Shown here in pieces: positions 1 to 10,173 of a DNA stretch of 64,000 bases. The DNA is from Candidatus Bathyarchaeota archaeon. GTDB taxonomy: Archaea > Thermoproteota > Bathyarchaeia > Bathyarchaeales > Bathycorpusculaceae. The stretch spans positions 256,001 through 320,000 of the forward strand of contig CAWEPZ010000009.1 in NCBI GenBank assembly GCA_963811105.1, written 5' to 3'. A model generated the notes under the pieces. The model made no database searches. It saw only the letters and a list, made by a program, of their open reading frames with translations, and was not told the origin of the DNA. Numbering within the stretch: the first letter of the stretch is position 1; every line of letters begins with the position of its first letter. Position numbers and translations under genes: made by a program.

Positions 1-138
1 TTTTACTAGGGCGACAGCTTCCATTCTTTCCATTCGTTCCCCAGTTTCCTCTGAACTAATTCATAGTCCACATGGTCTTCAATCTGGACTTATTCACATT
101 ATGATTTTATTAATGCCCAGTACGTGTGCGCAGGAGAC

Positions 139-423
139 CTACCAATTCCATGGAAGCACGTTGGGATAATAAATCAGAAACACAACAACAACGAATAAAA
201 CTATTAAGACACCCGTAATAACTGCTTTTATTGCATTATTTGATAATATGTTTTTTGGGGCATCTGCTTTTTTGGGAGACGGATTCGGCTGACTAACAAG
301 TTGAGTATCAAGCGGCACTGAACTTTTCTGAGGCAGGGCTTTTCCACAGTTTTTACAAAATAGGACATTATCTTGATTTTGTTTGCGACAGGATGGACAA
401 AACATTTTGTTGATCTCCAACAA
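139..423 (-). CDS. Zinc-ribbon protein with C-terminal transmembrane helix
   Basis: FCPSC...FCKNCG double CxxC ribbon; hydrophobic C-terminus (VITGVLIVLFVVVVFLIYY). True start may be the ATG a few codons in (MFCPSC). Confidence 0.75.
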   Translation of the reverse strand: MLEINKMFCPSCRKQNQDNVLFCKNCGKALPQKSSVPLDTQLVSQPNPSPKKADAPKNILSNNAIKAVITGVLIVLFVVVVFLIYYPNVLPWNW

Positions 424-834
424 TTAGGGGTAACAAAAGAGCAAATAAGGCTTTTCATTCGGAAAATCTCTCTTTTTCTTGGAATACCTACAAAGAACAG
501 ACTAAGCGTTTTCGACCACGAATTAGACATTCATTGTTTGTTCTGTTATCTCTCGACCTTATTCGCATAACCAAACTAGCCTGGTCATATTGATTCTACT
601 GTGTCGGTCTTACTTTTTTGAGGTGTAGCCGCGTTTATCACCTTTGAGAAAGAAGGCCACGAAACAAAAAAAGAGAAGGAGAGGGACGCTTATCCAAAAT
701 CCAATAGTTATATTAAACAGATTGTGCCTAAAATCTATCAAACTAATAAAATTAGAACCTCACATGTGGCGGGAAAAAGCCTGCTTTATGTGATTAACAA
801 ATAATCAAATAAAAGCATTAGGAAGTGCATATTT

Positions 835-2004
835 ACGGGAGCATCCCAAACATTTACGATAAAGTACGTTATACACGCTAGATTTGATATTGAAGGCGTT
901 GTAGAAAAACCCGATGTTATAGGTGCAGTTTTTGGTCAAACCGAAGGACTTTTTGGACCCGAACTGGATCTACGAGAACTCCAGAAAACTGGACGCATCG
1001 GCAGAATCGAAATCGATTTACATTCAAAAAACGATCGAACAACTGGCTCAATTACCATTCCGACTAGCTTAGATAGAGTTTCAACAGCTCTCATAGCAGC
1101 GAGCATAGAAAGCATCAACCGCGTCGGTCCATGCTCGGCAAAAGTTAGCCTAGATAGAGTGGAAGATATTCGCGAGGCACGAAGAAAAATAATCATTGAC
1201 CGTGCAAAAGAAATCCTGCATAAATGGACAATCGAATCAATGCCAAGCGTAGATGAAGTTTACAAAGAAATCTCAGAAACCATGAAAGTCGGCAAAGTAG
1301 AAAAGTACGGTCCAGAAGACTTACCTGCCGGACCAGGATTAGACAGCGCCAAAGAAATAATCGTTGTCGAAGGTCGTGCAGACATAATCAATCTGATGCG
1401 ATGCGGAATCTTTAACACTGTTGCCCTTGAAGGCGCCAAAGTTCCGGAATCTATAAAGAAGCTCACCAAAGAAAGATCAGCCACCGCGTTGCTTGATGGC
1501 GACAGAGGCGGCGACCTCATACTAAAAGAGCTACAACAAGTAACCAATGTAAAGTTTGTAGGCCGTGCTCCGAGAGGAAAAGAAATCGAGGAATGCAACT
1601 GCAAAGAGATTGCTGAAGCCATTGAAAACAAGCTTCCAATAGCAGAAGCCGTAGGAGGCAAACCGCCAGCGCCAGCCAAAAAGATCCCAGAACACATTAA
1701 AGTTGAAGTTCCAGAACCCATCAGCCAAGCCGCAAAAGCACTAGTAGGCACACTTGAAGCGGTGCTTCTTAGCGAAAAGTTTGAGCTAATCGAGCGGTTA
1801 CCAGTGAGCCAACTCGCAGAGAAACTTCAGCAGATGACAGGCGTTGATACTGTAGTTTTCGACGGTATCATAACACAAAGAATCGTTGACATTGCAGGCG
1901 AAAAAAACATTAGGCGAATAGTCGGAGCGAGAATCTCAGAAGCAGTTAAGCCAGCCTTAAACGTAGAATTGGTAACTTTCCAGGACGCCATCGCCCAAGC
2001 TTAG
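835..2004 (+). CDS. dnaG: Archaeal DnaG-type primase (exosome-associated); probable non-canonical ACG start
   Basis: Frame is open from 805 and contains the conserved N-terminal KYVIHARFDIEGVVEKPDVIGAVFGQTEGL..ELDLRELQKTGRIGRI upstream of the ORF-track start at 1159. TOPRIM motifs VVEGRAD and DGDRGG. Confidence 0.92.
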   Translation, partial: TGASQTFTIKYVIHARFDIEGVVEKPDVIGAVFGQTEGLFGPELDLRELQKTGRIGRIEIDLHSKNDRTTGSITIPTSLDRVSTALIAASIESINRVGPCSAKVSLDRVEDIREARRKIIIDRAKEILHKWTIESMPSVDEVYKEISETMKVGKVEKYGPEDLPAGPGLDSAKEIIVVEGRADIINLMRCGIFNTVALEGAKVPESIKKLTKERSATALLDGDRGGDLILKELQQVTNVKFVGRAPRGKEIEECNCKEIAEAIENKLPIAEAVGGKPPAPAKKIPEHIKVEVPEPISQAAKALVGTLEAVLLSEKFELIERLPVSQLAEKLQQMTGVDTVVFDGIITQRIVDIAGEKNIRRIVGARISEAVKPALNVELVTFQDAIAQA

Positions 2005-2077
2005 TCTTCTAAATAATATTTTATTTTCTTTACCTTTTTCACCGTTTCTGGAAAATAAGAAAAATAGAGATTTTGAG

Positions 2078-3574
2078 TCATTTCACGGCATCGTTTACAG
2101 CTTGTTTGCCTCGGTAAATCCACAACATAGATAATAGCGCTGCAATTGAGACAACTGCGATGACAGTTAGAAGTACCCAGTATTCGATTGAGTTTTCGTT
2201 TGGCTGAACTGCCGCCGGTTGATTAAGGACAAACGTTGGCGTAGGTGTTGCTAAATGAGCCGGGGTAAGCTTTGACGTCGTGGTAGGTTCGGAAGTTGGT
2301 TCTTGTGTATTCGGTAAAGCAGAAGTTGGTGTTGAGTTTGGTATTGGGGTGGGAGTTGGACTATTTATCGCCGTATAGATAGGTGGAGTGCCTACGGTGA
2401 TATTTTTGTAAGTATCGCTGTTGATTGTAAAGTTATATTCAGTGTAGGTTGGAAAGCTGGCTAATGGGTTTAAGCTAGCATCGATTCCTGGGTGGGCATC
2501 TATTTTGTATGTTCCAGTAGGGACGCTTAGGGCATAATAACCGTTAGACTTGGAGAACCAGCCTGACAAATAGCCATTTAGGACAACGATGGCTCCTTTA
2601 ATTGGAGTTCCAGAGTAATCAGAGATATAGCCGTATATCTTGTAACCTGTAAGTAAGGTTATGTTTTTGGCAATATTTGACGTTACTAATAATTGCGGTT
2701 GGTCGTAGGACATGTAATTGGAATCGAATGGGGGCCAAACATTAACGTGATATGTTCCGGCAGAAGCAGATATCTCGTAATAACCTGTTGCATCGGAGTA
2801 AACGCTTGGGACAGTTAATGGCAAGTTGAAAATCACTTCTGCATTAGCTAATCCTTTTCCGTTTGAGTCAGTTATGTAGCCTGAAATTCTATATTTTGAT
2901 TGATCTGCTACTGGTGTTGACGTCGGGGTGCTTGTCGGCTGAAGATTGCCAACAACGATATTCTTGACTGTGTTGCCGCTAACGACAAAGTCATATTCAT
3001 AGTACGCTGGAAATTGGGTTGCACTGCTTGAGTAACTGTCCGTTCGTGGGTGAGCATTAATATTGTATGTTCCAGCGGAGACAGCAACAAAATAGTAACC
3101 TGTAGAAGTAGAGAACCAACCTGAACCACTGCCGTTTAAGAAAACGCATGCCCCTACAACTGGCGCTCCTGAAGAATCGGTGATATAGCCTGAAACTTTG
3201 AATCCTGTAGCCAAGGTAATATTATTAGTTACGTCCGAGGCAACTACGAAACCTGGCTGGTCATGTCTAATGAAACCTGAATCGAATGGGGCCCATACGT
3301 TAAGGTGATAAGTGCCTACTGGACCAGAAGTTTGGTAGTAACCTGAACTGTCTGTCTTAACACCTGGAACAATCGAGGGAACATTGAAAATGACGTCTGC
3401 TCCAGTAATTCCATTACCGTTTGTATCGAAGACATACCCTGATATTTTACATTGTCCTGACTGTGCTTGTACACTGTTGATATTGAGGTTTAATGTATTT
3501 GTTAGCAGTAAAGTGAAAATGACAAAAACGATAATAGTGTTGTCTTTTTTCATCTTGTTTTCCTCAATAGCCAT
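2078..3574 (-). CDS. Membrane-anchored surface protein with carboxypeptidase-regulatory-like beta-sandwich repeats
   Basis: Signal peptide; four (I/V)SGY(V/I).D..G-type repeats arranged as a duplicated pair; Pro/Thr-rich linker; C-terminal TM helix. Confidence 0.8.
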   Translation of the reverse strand: MAIEENKMKKDNTIIVFVIFTLLLTNTLNLNINSVQAQSGQCKISGYVFDTNGNGITGADVIFNVPSIVPGVKTDSSGYYQTSGPVGTYHLNVWAPFDSGFIRHDQPGFVVASDVTNNITLATGFKVSGYITDSSGAPVVGACVFLNGSGSGWFSTSTGYYFVAVSAGTYNINAHPRTDSYSSSATQFPAYYEYDFVVSGNTVKNIVVGNLQPTSTPTSTPVADQSKYRISGYITDSNGKGLANAEVIFNLPLTVPSVYSDATGYYEISASAGTYHVNVWPPFDSNYMSYDQPQLLVTSNIAKNITLLTGYKIYGYISDYSGTPIKGAIVVLNGYLSGWFSKSNGYYALSVPTGTYKIDAHPGIDASLNPLASFPTYTEYNFTINSDTYKNITVGTPPIYTAINSPTPTPIPNSTPTSALPNTQEPTSEPTTTSKLTPAHLATPTPTFVLNQPAAVQPNENSIEYWVLLTVIAVVSIAALLSMLWIYRGKQAVNDAVK

Positions 3575-3686
3575 CTGACTTGGTTTATGATAAAAGCGTA
3601 TTCATCAAAATTTCTTGACTAATTTTAGTCAAGTTTTCTTGACTAAGCTCAAGTCACATACAACCTTAGACCCGAATATGCTTTTG

Positions 3687-6083
3687 CTACACGTAATCCA
3701 TTAGACTTCGAATTTCTTGGCTTTCTTTTGCTTCCTTTTCGATGAGCTCTTGTTCGGTTACATTAAAGAAGCCAAGGATTCTTGCTGCCGCAGGAACGAC
3801 TTGGTTGGTTATGTAGTAGTCAACATCTACTTCGTCAAGCTTGGCAAAAACGTAGGGTTTAACCCGATTATAAAACCGCCCTTTGCCAGCCAAGATGACA
3901 AAGCCGACTTTGTCTCCGCTGGTTAGATGCCAACCTTTTTCTTTCAGCATTTTCGCCGCCTCCACATGTGGTGCTCTAATCGCGTATTGTTCAGGCGGCT
4001 TCGTAAGGGTCTTCCATATTATGAGATCGTCTAATGGAATCTTACGTTGTTTTAGCTCAGAGACAATAGAGCGCACATAATCAACAGCTTTCTGAGGCGA
4101 CTGTTCCCTCAAGATAATCTCAAGAACATGTTCTTGTACTTCTTTGGCAACTTGCGCCCAGTCACCCCGAATAACCTCGAGCCCAACAATATCTAGGCTG
4201 CCGTCAAGCCGCAATCCAGCATAACGTTTCTTGGCTTCTGTGAAGAAAACGCGTCTGTAAACCTCGCTCACTTCAACTTCTAAGCCCAATTCCTCGCTAA
4301 TCTCCTCTTTGATTTCAAGAAGTTTTTTTTCATCGTTGGTTAAGAAGAGGCTGTCAGTGTCTCCATAGATAATCACGAGACCCTTCGCCTCAGCTAATCT
4401 GGCAGCGCCTAGAATCGAGTGCCTGCCCCATGCTGAAGCTGCCTCGGCGACCGGTTTAATGTACCATCTTGCGCCAACCCAGCCAGCGTAGCCATATGAG
4501 GCGTTTGTTATTATTTTTACCGCTTTCTGGCGTGCATCCAAAATGCTAAATTCAACAGTGTTGGGCTTTAGAGTCTTCATTTGCTTTCTAATTTTGCTTC
4601 TTACATCAATCAGGAACACTAATGCTTCCTTGTAGAACCCGGAAGGTGTTTTGCGGAAACGATGACACACTTCGGGCGCTTCATAAACTCCCCCAGCTGG
4701 CTCAGGCTCGCCAGGTGCAATATAAGTGTCCGGCGATAGGTTGTAGCGAATCATTATGTTAGGGTACATGGATTTGAAATCTAAAACTGCTATATTATCA
4801 TGCAAGCCAGGTTTAGGGGTAAGCACAAGCCCTCCTGCGTAAGGTCGATATGACTGCTCAATCCTTTGGGGAATTAGTTCGCCGATTTTTCTTGTCTGTT
4901 TAATCAGAAACCACTCCACCCTAAAGCCCACAGCGACAGTCATAACATGATCTAACGGCAAACTTACCAAGCTTGAGAGCTGAATTCCGAAATCCAGCAG
5001 TAACGCAGCACAGCCTTGAACTTTTCGAGCGTTGTTAAGGCTATACTGTTTAAGGACGCCCCTTTTTTCAGGGTCTTCCCAGGAATCGGCTAATTCTACC
5101 TCTTCAATTTTCGCGGCTGACTCATTTTTCATAACGTCTAAATGATTAGCTAGGTTCGCCAGCGTTTTGACTTTGACTTCAGGAAAAACATCCATAAAAT
5201 CCGCCAAATCAACATTGGCCATGCCTGTAAAGGAAACATGACCGTAAATGCTGGTATGCGGTTCTTTGTTGCCTCGGTCAACATTAAAAGTTCGTTTAAG
5301 CATGTGGCTTCGTTTTATTAGGTAATTCCAATCCCGCGCGTTACCGCCGAAACTAACAATTATGTCTGGGTCAAACTGGCAAACATAATCAATAAATCCT
5401 TGAAGGAGTTGTTTGTCGTTATTGTCTTCATCTGCGAGAAACTGCTTTTCTTCGCCCGTGCTAGTAACAGCAGAGATCACTGCTATGGGGTTTCTGTCGG
5501 GCTTAGGTGAACCTTCTCGGCTGTAACTAATCATTGAGAAACTAAGTGTTTTAAGCTGTGGTTTTTCGAAACAATCGAGCTGTTTTGGAATAGATTTTGC
5601 GACGTAAACCTTGTCAACTCTAACTCCCAATACGTTTTCTTCTTCCTCAGCCTCAACTTCATGCCAAGCACAAGGGGCAACATCATTATCAATCAAGAAT
5701 CGCATGGAAACGCGAATATCATCTTCGAGGCATTCTTTTACCCCTTCGAAGCTTCGAAGCTGCTTTGCAAGCTTCATCGTTTCCGTTACAACCTTACAAT
5801 AAACTTTTATTGCCTGCACGGACTTGCCGAAAAAGCGGCGCTCAACAACTTGCACCTTCACAATTGAAGACTCATGAGAGGCCGTGATTTCTGACGCAAT
5901 CTTCGAAGGATCAAATCCTTCCTTGACCACAGCATAAAAATAGCCAATAATATTTCTGTCAACAACAAGCACTCGACACCCATTCTGGTCAATTCCCCAA
6001 AGCCATAACTCAGCAACCCCATCATCAATCTTGGGGTTAATGTCCAGAAGCCAAAAAGCAAATTTCAACAAGTTCGCCAACAT
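3687..6083 (-). CDS. polB: Family B DNA polymerase (PolB3-like) with degenerate 3'-5' exonuclease motifs
   Basis: Polymerase motifs DFKSMYP, K...NASYGY, YGDTDS and KKRY are intact. ExoI reads SFSMISY instead of FDIE. Confidence 0.95.
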   Translation of the reverse strand: MLANLLKFAFWLLDINPKIDDGVAELWLWGIDQNGCRVLVVDRNIIGYFYAVVKEGFDPSKIASEITASHESSIVKVQVVERRFFGKSVQAIKVYCKVVTETMKLAKQLRSFEGVKECLEDDIRVSMRFLIDNDVAPCAWHEVEAEEEENVLGVRVDKVYVAKSIPKQLDCFEKPQLKTLSFSMISYSREGSPKPDRNPIAVISAVTSTGEEKQFLADEDNNDKQLLQGFIDYVCQFDPDIIVSFGGNARDWNYLIKRSHMLKRTFNVDRGNKEPHTSIYGHVSFTGMANVDLADFMDVFPEVKVKTLANLANHLDVMKNESAAKIEEVELADSWEDPEKRGVLKQYSLNNARKVQGCAALLLDFGIQLSSLVSLPLDHVMTVAVGFRVEWFLIKQTRKIGELIPQRIEQSYRPYAGGLVLTPKPGLHDNIAVLDFKSMYPNIMIRYNLSPDTYIAPGEPEPAGGVYEAPEVCHRFRKTPSGFYKEALVFLIDVRSKIRKQMKTLKPNTVEFSILDARQKAVKIITNASYGYAGWVGARWYIKPVAEAASAWGRHSILGAARLAEAKGLVIIYGDTDSLFLTNDEKKLLEIKEEISEELGLEVEVSEVYRRVFFTEAKKRYAGLRLDGSLDIVGLEVIRGDWAQVAKEVQEHVLEIILREQSPQKAVDYVRSIVSELKQRKIPLDDLIIWKTLTKPPEQYAIRAPHVEAAKMLKEKGWHLTSGDKVGFVILAGKGRFYNRVKPYVFAKLDEVDVDYYITNQVVPAAARILGFFNVTEQELIEKEAKESQEIRSLMDYV

Positions 6084-6361
6084 AATAGAAATATAAATTG
6101 ATAGATTAAAAATTACCGAAAAAAGTATTGGTAGGTAAAAAGCGTTTCGCGGCTTTGCTACATCAAGCTAAGCGAATTAATTATTGGGTTGGTTCTTCAA
6201 AGAAGAAGGAAGGGTGCACCCTCCAAGTCTCTTCTTCTACTTGTTTGGAGTTACCTGATGACCTTACCCATAAAATTTCGCAAAATGTAAATTTTAAACG
6301 ATCAAAATATCGGAGTAGTTAGTTTTAAGTTTCACGGTGCAAATTTTATTTTGGTTGTTTT

Positions 6362-7288
6362 ATGACTTCGCAAGATGTTCTGATTGAAGCGCAGGGACTA
6401 ACAAAGAGATTTGGTGATTTCACAGCTGTAGATCATATAGACTTCAAAGTCTACAAAGGCGAATGCGTCGGTTTCTTGGGACCAAACGGCGCAGGTAAAA
6501 CAACCACTGTCCGAATGATGTACTGTTTCCTACCGCCTACATCAGGCGAACTAAAAGTTGCAGGTTTAAGCGTAAACACACAGTGCAGAGAAATAAAAAA
6601 TCTGGTTGGTGTGGTGCCTCAAGAAGATAATTTAGACCCAGACTTTACAGTTATAAGAAACCTCACAGTTTACTGCCGCTACTTCGACATTCCAAAAGAT
6701 GAAGCCCTAAAACGAGCGAATGAACAGCTGAATTTTTTCCAACTAGAGGAAAAAAAAGATGCTTCTATAGAGGCTCTTTCAGGAGGCTTAAAACGTCGCC
6801 TTATTTTTGCGAGAGCTCTGATAAATCAGCCTCAAATTCTTCTTTTAGATGAGCCAACCACAGGTTTGGACCCTCAAGCGCGGCATTTGGCTTGGGATGA
6901 AGTGCGAAACCTAAAGAAAAAGCAGGTCACAATCATTTTAACTACGCATTACATGGATGAAGCAGCAGTCTTGTGTGACCGCATATTGATTGTTGACAAA
7001 GGAAAAATTATTGAAGAAGGCACACCCGCCGAGCTAGTAAGGAAGCACGTCGGTGAAGATGTTTTGGAACTTGACTATGACGAGAAAGTGCTTCCGATTC
7101 TAAAAGAAGCTTTTCCTGAGGCACGATTTGAAAAATTAGGTGATCGCCTTCAAATTTTCACTGATGAACCGCATGGGGTTTTTGAAGGCTTCCTCAAAGA
7201 TAATCCAATGCAAAACGTTACTATTCGCACCGCTAATCTTGAGGATGTTTTCCTTAAATTGACCGGGAGAGGGCTGAGAGAAGAATGA
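6362..7288 (+). CDS. ABC exporter ATP-binding subunit (NodI/DrrA-like)
   Basis: GPNGAGKT, LSGG, LLLDEPT, THY motifs; ends in LEDVFLKLTG. Confidence 0.92.
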   Translation: MTSQDVLIEAQGLTKRFGDFTAVDHIDFKVYKGECVGFLGPNGAGKTTTVRMMYCFLPPTSGELKVAGLSVNTQCREIKNLVGVVPQEDNLDPDFTVIRNLTVYCRYFDIPKDEALKRANEQLNFFQLEEKKDASIEALSGGLKRRLIFARALINQPQILLLDEPTTGLDPQARHLAWDEVRNLKKKQVTIILTTHYMDEAAVLCDRILIVDKGKIIEEGTPAELVRKHVGEDVLELDYDEKVLPILKEAFPEARFEKLGDRLQIFTDEPHGVFEGFLKDNPMQNVTIRTANLEDVFLKLTGRGLREE

Positions 7289-8118
7289 CTAGCCCTAACC
7301 TACGTAAATCTCCTGCACGCTTCACCATACCAAAAATAACTTACAGAGTATGGAAGGTTTGGCAACGCAACTTTGATGTTTTCACCAAAACGATAGCTAC
7401 CAACTTTTTACCTTCTCTTCTTGAGCCAATATTGTATTTGTTGGCGTTTGGTTTTGGTTTAGGCGGCTTCATTCCCTCCATTCAAGGTGAACGCTACATC
7501 AATTTTATTGCGCCCGCATTGGTAGCGATTGCGGTTATGAATGGGTCATTTTTTGAATGCACGTTTGCTTCCTTTGTACGAATGTATTACCAAAAAACCT
7601 TTGACGCCATAGTAGCCACTCCTGTAAGCGTTGAAGAAGTTGTGGCAGGAGAACTCCTCTGGGGAGCCACCCGCGCCACAATAAACGCGACAATTGTATT
7701 GGCTGTGGTTGCAGCTTTCGGCTTAATTTCCAGTCCACTGTTCCTACTAATTGTGCCAATTGCATTCTTTGGCGGGTTAATGTTTGGCTCCATTGCCATG
7801 TGCTTTACTGCAGCAGCACCCAACATTGACTTCTTTAATTTTCCCTCATTCCTCTTCTTGACGCCTATGTTCTTTTTAAGCGGCACATTCTTCCCTTTAA
7901 CGTCCTTACCCACTGCTGCACAAGGAGCTGCAATGGCCATTTTGCCTTTAACACATGTTGTAAATATTACTCGAGGAGTAGTTTCAGGGCATCTAGAGCC
8001 AATCTTGGGATTAAACTCGACCATGCTTCTTCTCATAAGTTTCGTTTGGATAATAGCAGTGACAATATTTTTCTTTATTGTCAGCATTAACTTGATGAAG
8101 AAAAGATTAACAGGATAA
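7285..8118 (+). CDS. ABC-2 permease (NodJ-like)
   Basis: Multi-pass TM; LEPILYL..FG.GLG and PMFFLSGTFFP motifs; overlaps the ATPase stop codon. Confidence 0.9.
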   Translation: MTSPNLRKSPARFTIPKITYRVWKVWQRNFDVFTKTIATNFLPSLLEPILYLLAFGFGLGGFIPSIQGERYINFIAPALVAIAVMNGSFFECTFASFVRMYYQKTFDAIVATPVSVEEVVAGELLWGATRATINATIVLAVVAAFGLISSPLFLLIVPIAFFGGLMFGSIAMCFTAAAPNIDFFNFPSFLFLTPMFFLSGTFFPLTSLPTAAQGAAMAILPLTHVVNITRGVVSGHLEPILGLNSTMLLLISFVWIIAVTIFFFIVSINLMKKRLTG

Positions 8119-8122
8119 ATGG

Positions 8123-9045
8123 CTAAATCTTGATTCCTCTAACTTCAGCAATTATTAGATAGAAAGCAGCCAAGCCTTTCCAGGTACCCAACCTTGGGCA
8201 ATTTCTCTTGCTTCAGCGGTTTTGATTGGTTTTCCTCCGCAATAATATCTTGAAATCACACGCCTAACCCCTAAATCGTCGGCTGGTAGTGCATCCAACT
8301 TTTGCATACCCCTCAACATAGTTAATTCAGCAGTCCAAACCCCAATGCCCCTTATCGAGTCAAGCTCTGAAATGATTTCTTCAGGATTTGGGTGGTTTTT
8401 TAGGTCTTCAAGATCCAAGTTGTCATCAGCTATAAGTTTAGCAGCTCCACAGATGTATTCAGCTTTCCGCTGGCTAAGCCCACATCCCTGGATTTCATTG
8501 ATGCTTGCCAAAGCTATTTCTTTCGGCGTTGGATAAGCATAGAAAGTTTCACCTTCAATAGCTATGTTTTCCCCGAATTTCTTTACCAGCCGCTCTTCAA
8601 TGGTGTGCGCTACTTTGATGGAAATTTTCTGCTCAACAATAGAATCAACTAAGGCTTCAAAAACTGTTGGTGTCGTCGGGTTCTTTAATCCATACAACTG
8701 TTGGGCTATCTGACATATAACAGAGTCACTTTTTATCTGTTCATAAAAAGAGCGGAGGGAGAAGCCCAAGTTGAAAATGAATTTGATCGCGTCTTCAGCT
8801 TTCTGTTTGTCTAGCGCTGTTATAGGCTGGTTTGATTGTAACTTGACATCTATTTTTGGCTTCTCAAGTGTTCCTGTGGAAGTTATTTTGAATAGGACAA
8901 GTTTGTCGTTGATTTTGAGAACCTGGGTGAGTTGGCCGTTTGCGTAAATTCGGATTTGTTTGTCGCCGAAGCTAAATATGTGAGCGGACAAATCGAAATC
9001 GAAAGGTGCCAACGCATGAACCTTAAAGCTATCGGTAAGTGCCAT
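8123..9045 (-). CDS. alkA: DNA-3-methyladenine glycosylase (AlkA/HhH-GPD) with a -1 frameshift near the 3' end
   Basis: HhH motif IRGIGVWTAE and PADDLGVRR. One extra G in the run at 8187-8189 restores WGTWKGLAAFYLIIAEVRGIKI*, ending at 8123. Confidence 0.85.
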
Positions 9046-9140
9046 CTTGGTTCATCCTTGAAGCATTGACCTTAATCTAAGAGGATATTAAAGATTTTTA
9101 ACTCTAAACCGTTATTGTTAGCGAGTAACGGACGGTACTT

Positions 9141-9815
9141 ATGCGTTTAGTGATACGGATAGGCGGCTCAGTGGTAGCGTCACCAATTAATACAGAATTG
9201 ATGAGCAAATACGCTAACCTAATAAAAACAATAAAAGCTCAAGGGCACGAGGTGGCGGTAGTGCTTGGAGGAGGATCACTTGCAAGGGAATTTATCAAAT
9301 TTGCTAAAGATTTGGGCCTAGAAATGCAAGCACAGGATGAAATTGCCATTTCTTGTTCACGGTTGTTTGCTCAGCTTTTCCTCAAAAGGCTTGGCGATGA
9401 AGGATGCAGCAAAGTTGCTACAACGCTAGATGACACGCAAGTATGCTTAGGCGAGGGCAAGATTGTAGTGATGGGTGGACTAAAGCCGGGAATCACCACT
9501 GACGCCGTTGCCGCTTTGGTAGCTGAACGCATCAATGCTGATTTGTTGGTGAAGGGTACTGACCAAGAAGGCGTTTATAGCAAAGATCCCCGTACGAACC
9601 TCGATGCAGTGAAACTGGACAAATTGACCTTTGACGATTTCTCTAAGATTTTCGAGGGAAGCATCCATAAAGCAGGCATTCATCAAATCATAGATCCCGA
9701 AGCCATTAAAGTCCTAAAACGTTACCGCGTCAAACTCATTGTCGTCAACGGCTTTCAACCACAGAACATTTTGGCTGCGGTTAACGGCGAAAATGTTGGA
9801 ACTATAATTAGCTAA
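9141..9815 (+). CDS. pyrH: UMP kinase
   Basis: IGGSV, GGGSLAR, PGITTDAVAA, GVYSKDP, GT..S: archaeal PyrH signatures. Confidence 0.92.
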   Translation: MRLVIRIGGSVVASPINTELMSKYANLIKTIKAQGHEVAVVLGGGSLAREFIKFAKDLGLEMQAQDEIAISCSRLFAQLFLKRLGDEGCSKVATTLDDTQVCLGEGKIVVMGGLKPGITTDAVAALVAERINADLLVKGTDQEGVYSKDPRTNLDAVKLDKLTFDDFSKIFEGSIHKAGIHQIIDPEAIKVLKRYRVKLIVVNGFQPQNILAAVNGENVGTIIS

Positions 9816-9856
9816 ATTCATTTTGTGCCTATGTTTATATTCATACGTGCATCTTT

Positions 9857-10066
9857 ATGCAAAACCCCATAGCCCAGATGCCAAATTGGCTCCAAGCAAT
9901 AGCAAATGTAAACCCAATATCATACACAATTGACGCAGTTAGAAGACTGATGGTATTCAGTGATGGATTCGGGCGATTGCCTCTTGATTTCGCGTTCGTC
10001 GGTGTCTTTGCAATAGTTGTAACAGTTATATGCGTTGTTCTATCATGGAGATACCTAAACAAGTAG
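9857..10066 (+). pseudogene. C-terminal fragment of an ABC-2 permease
   Basis: MPNWLQAIANVNPISYTIDAVRRL matches the ABC-2 C-terminus; no room for the N-terminal part after pyrH. Confidence 0.6.
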
Positions 10067-10173
10067 TAAAAAATGGAACAAAAATAGAATCTTGCTTTTT
10101 TAATGTAACTAGTCCTTATAAGAAAGAACAATTTCCATTCTCACTTACAATAAAGGCTGGAGCAGAAAAAGCT

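Noticed and set aside
936-1751. Minus-strand ORFs over dnaG (and similar shadow ORFs throughout the track)
   Set aside because: Antisense to well-supported genes, with no motifs.
1159-2004. ORF-track start of dnaG at 1159
   Set aside because: Omits 108 codons of the conserved N-terminal domain.
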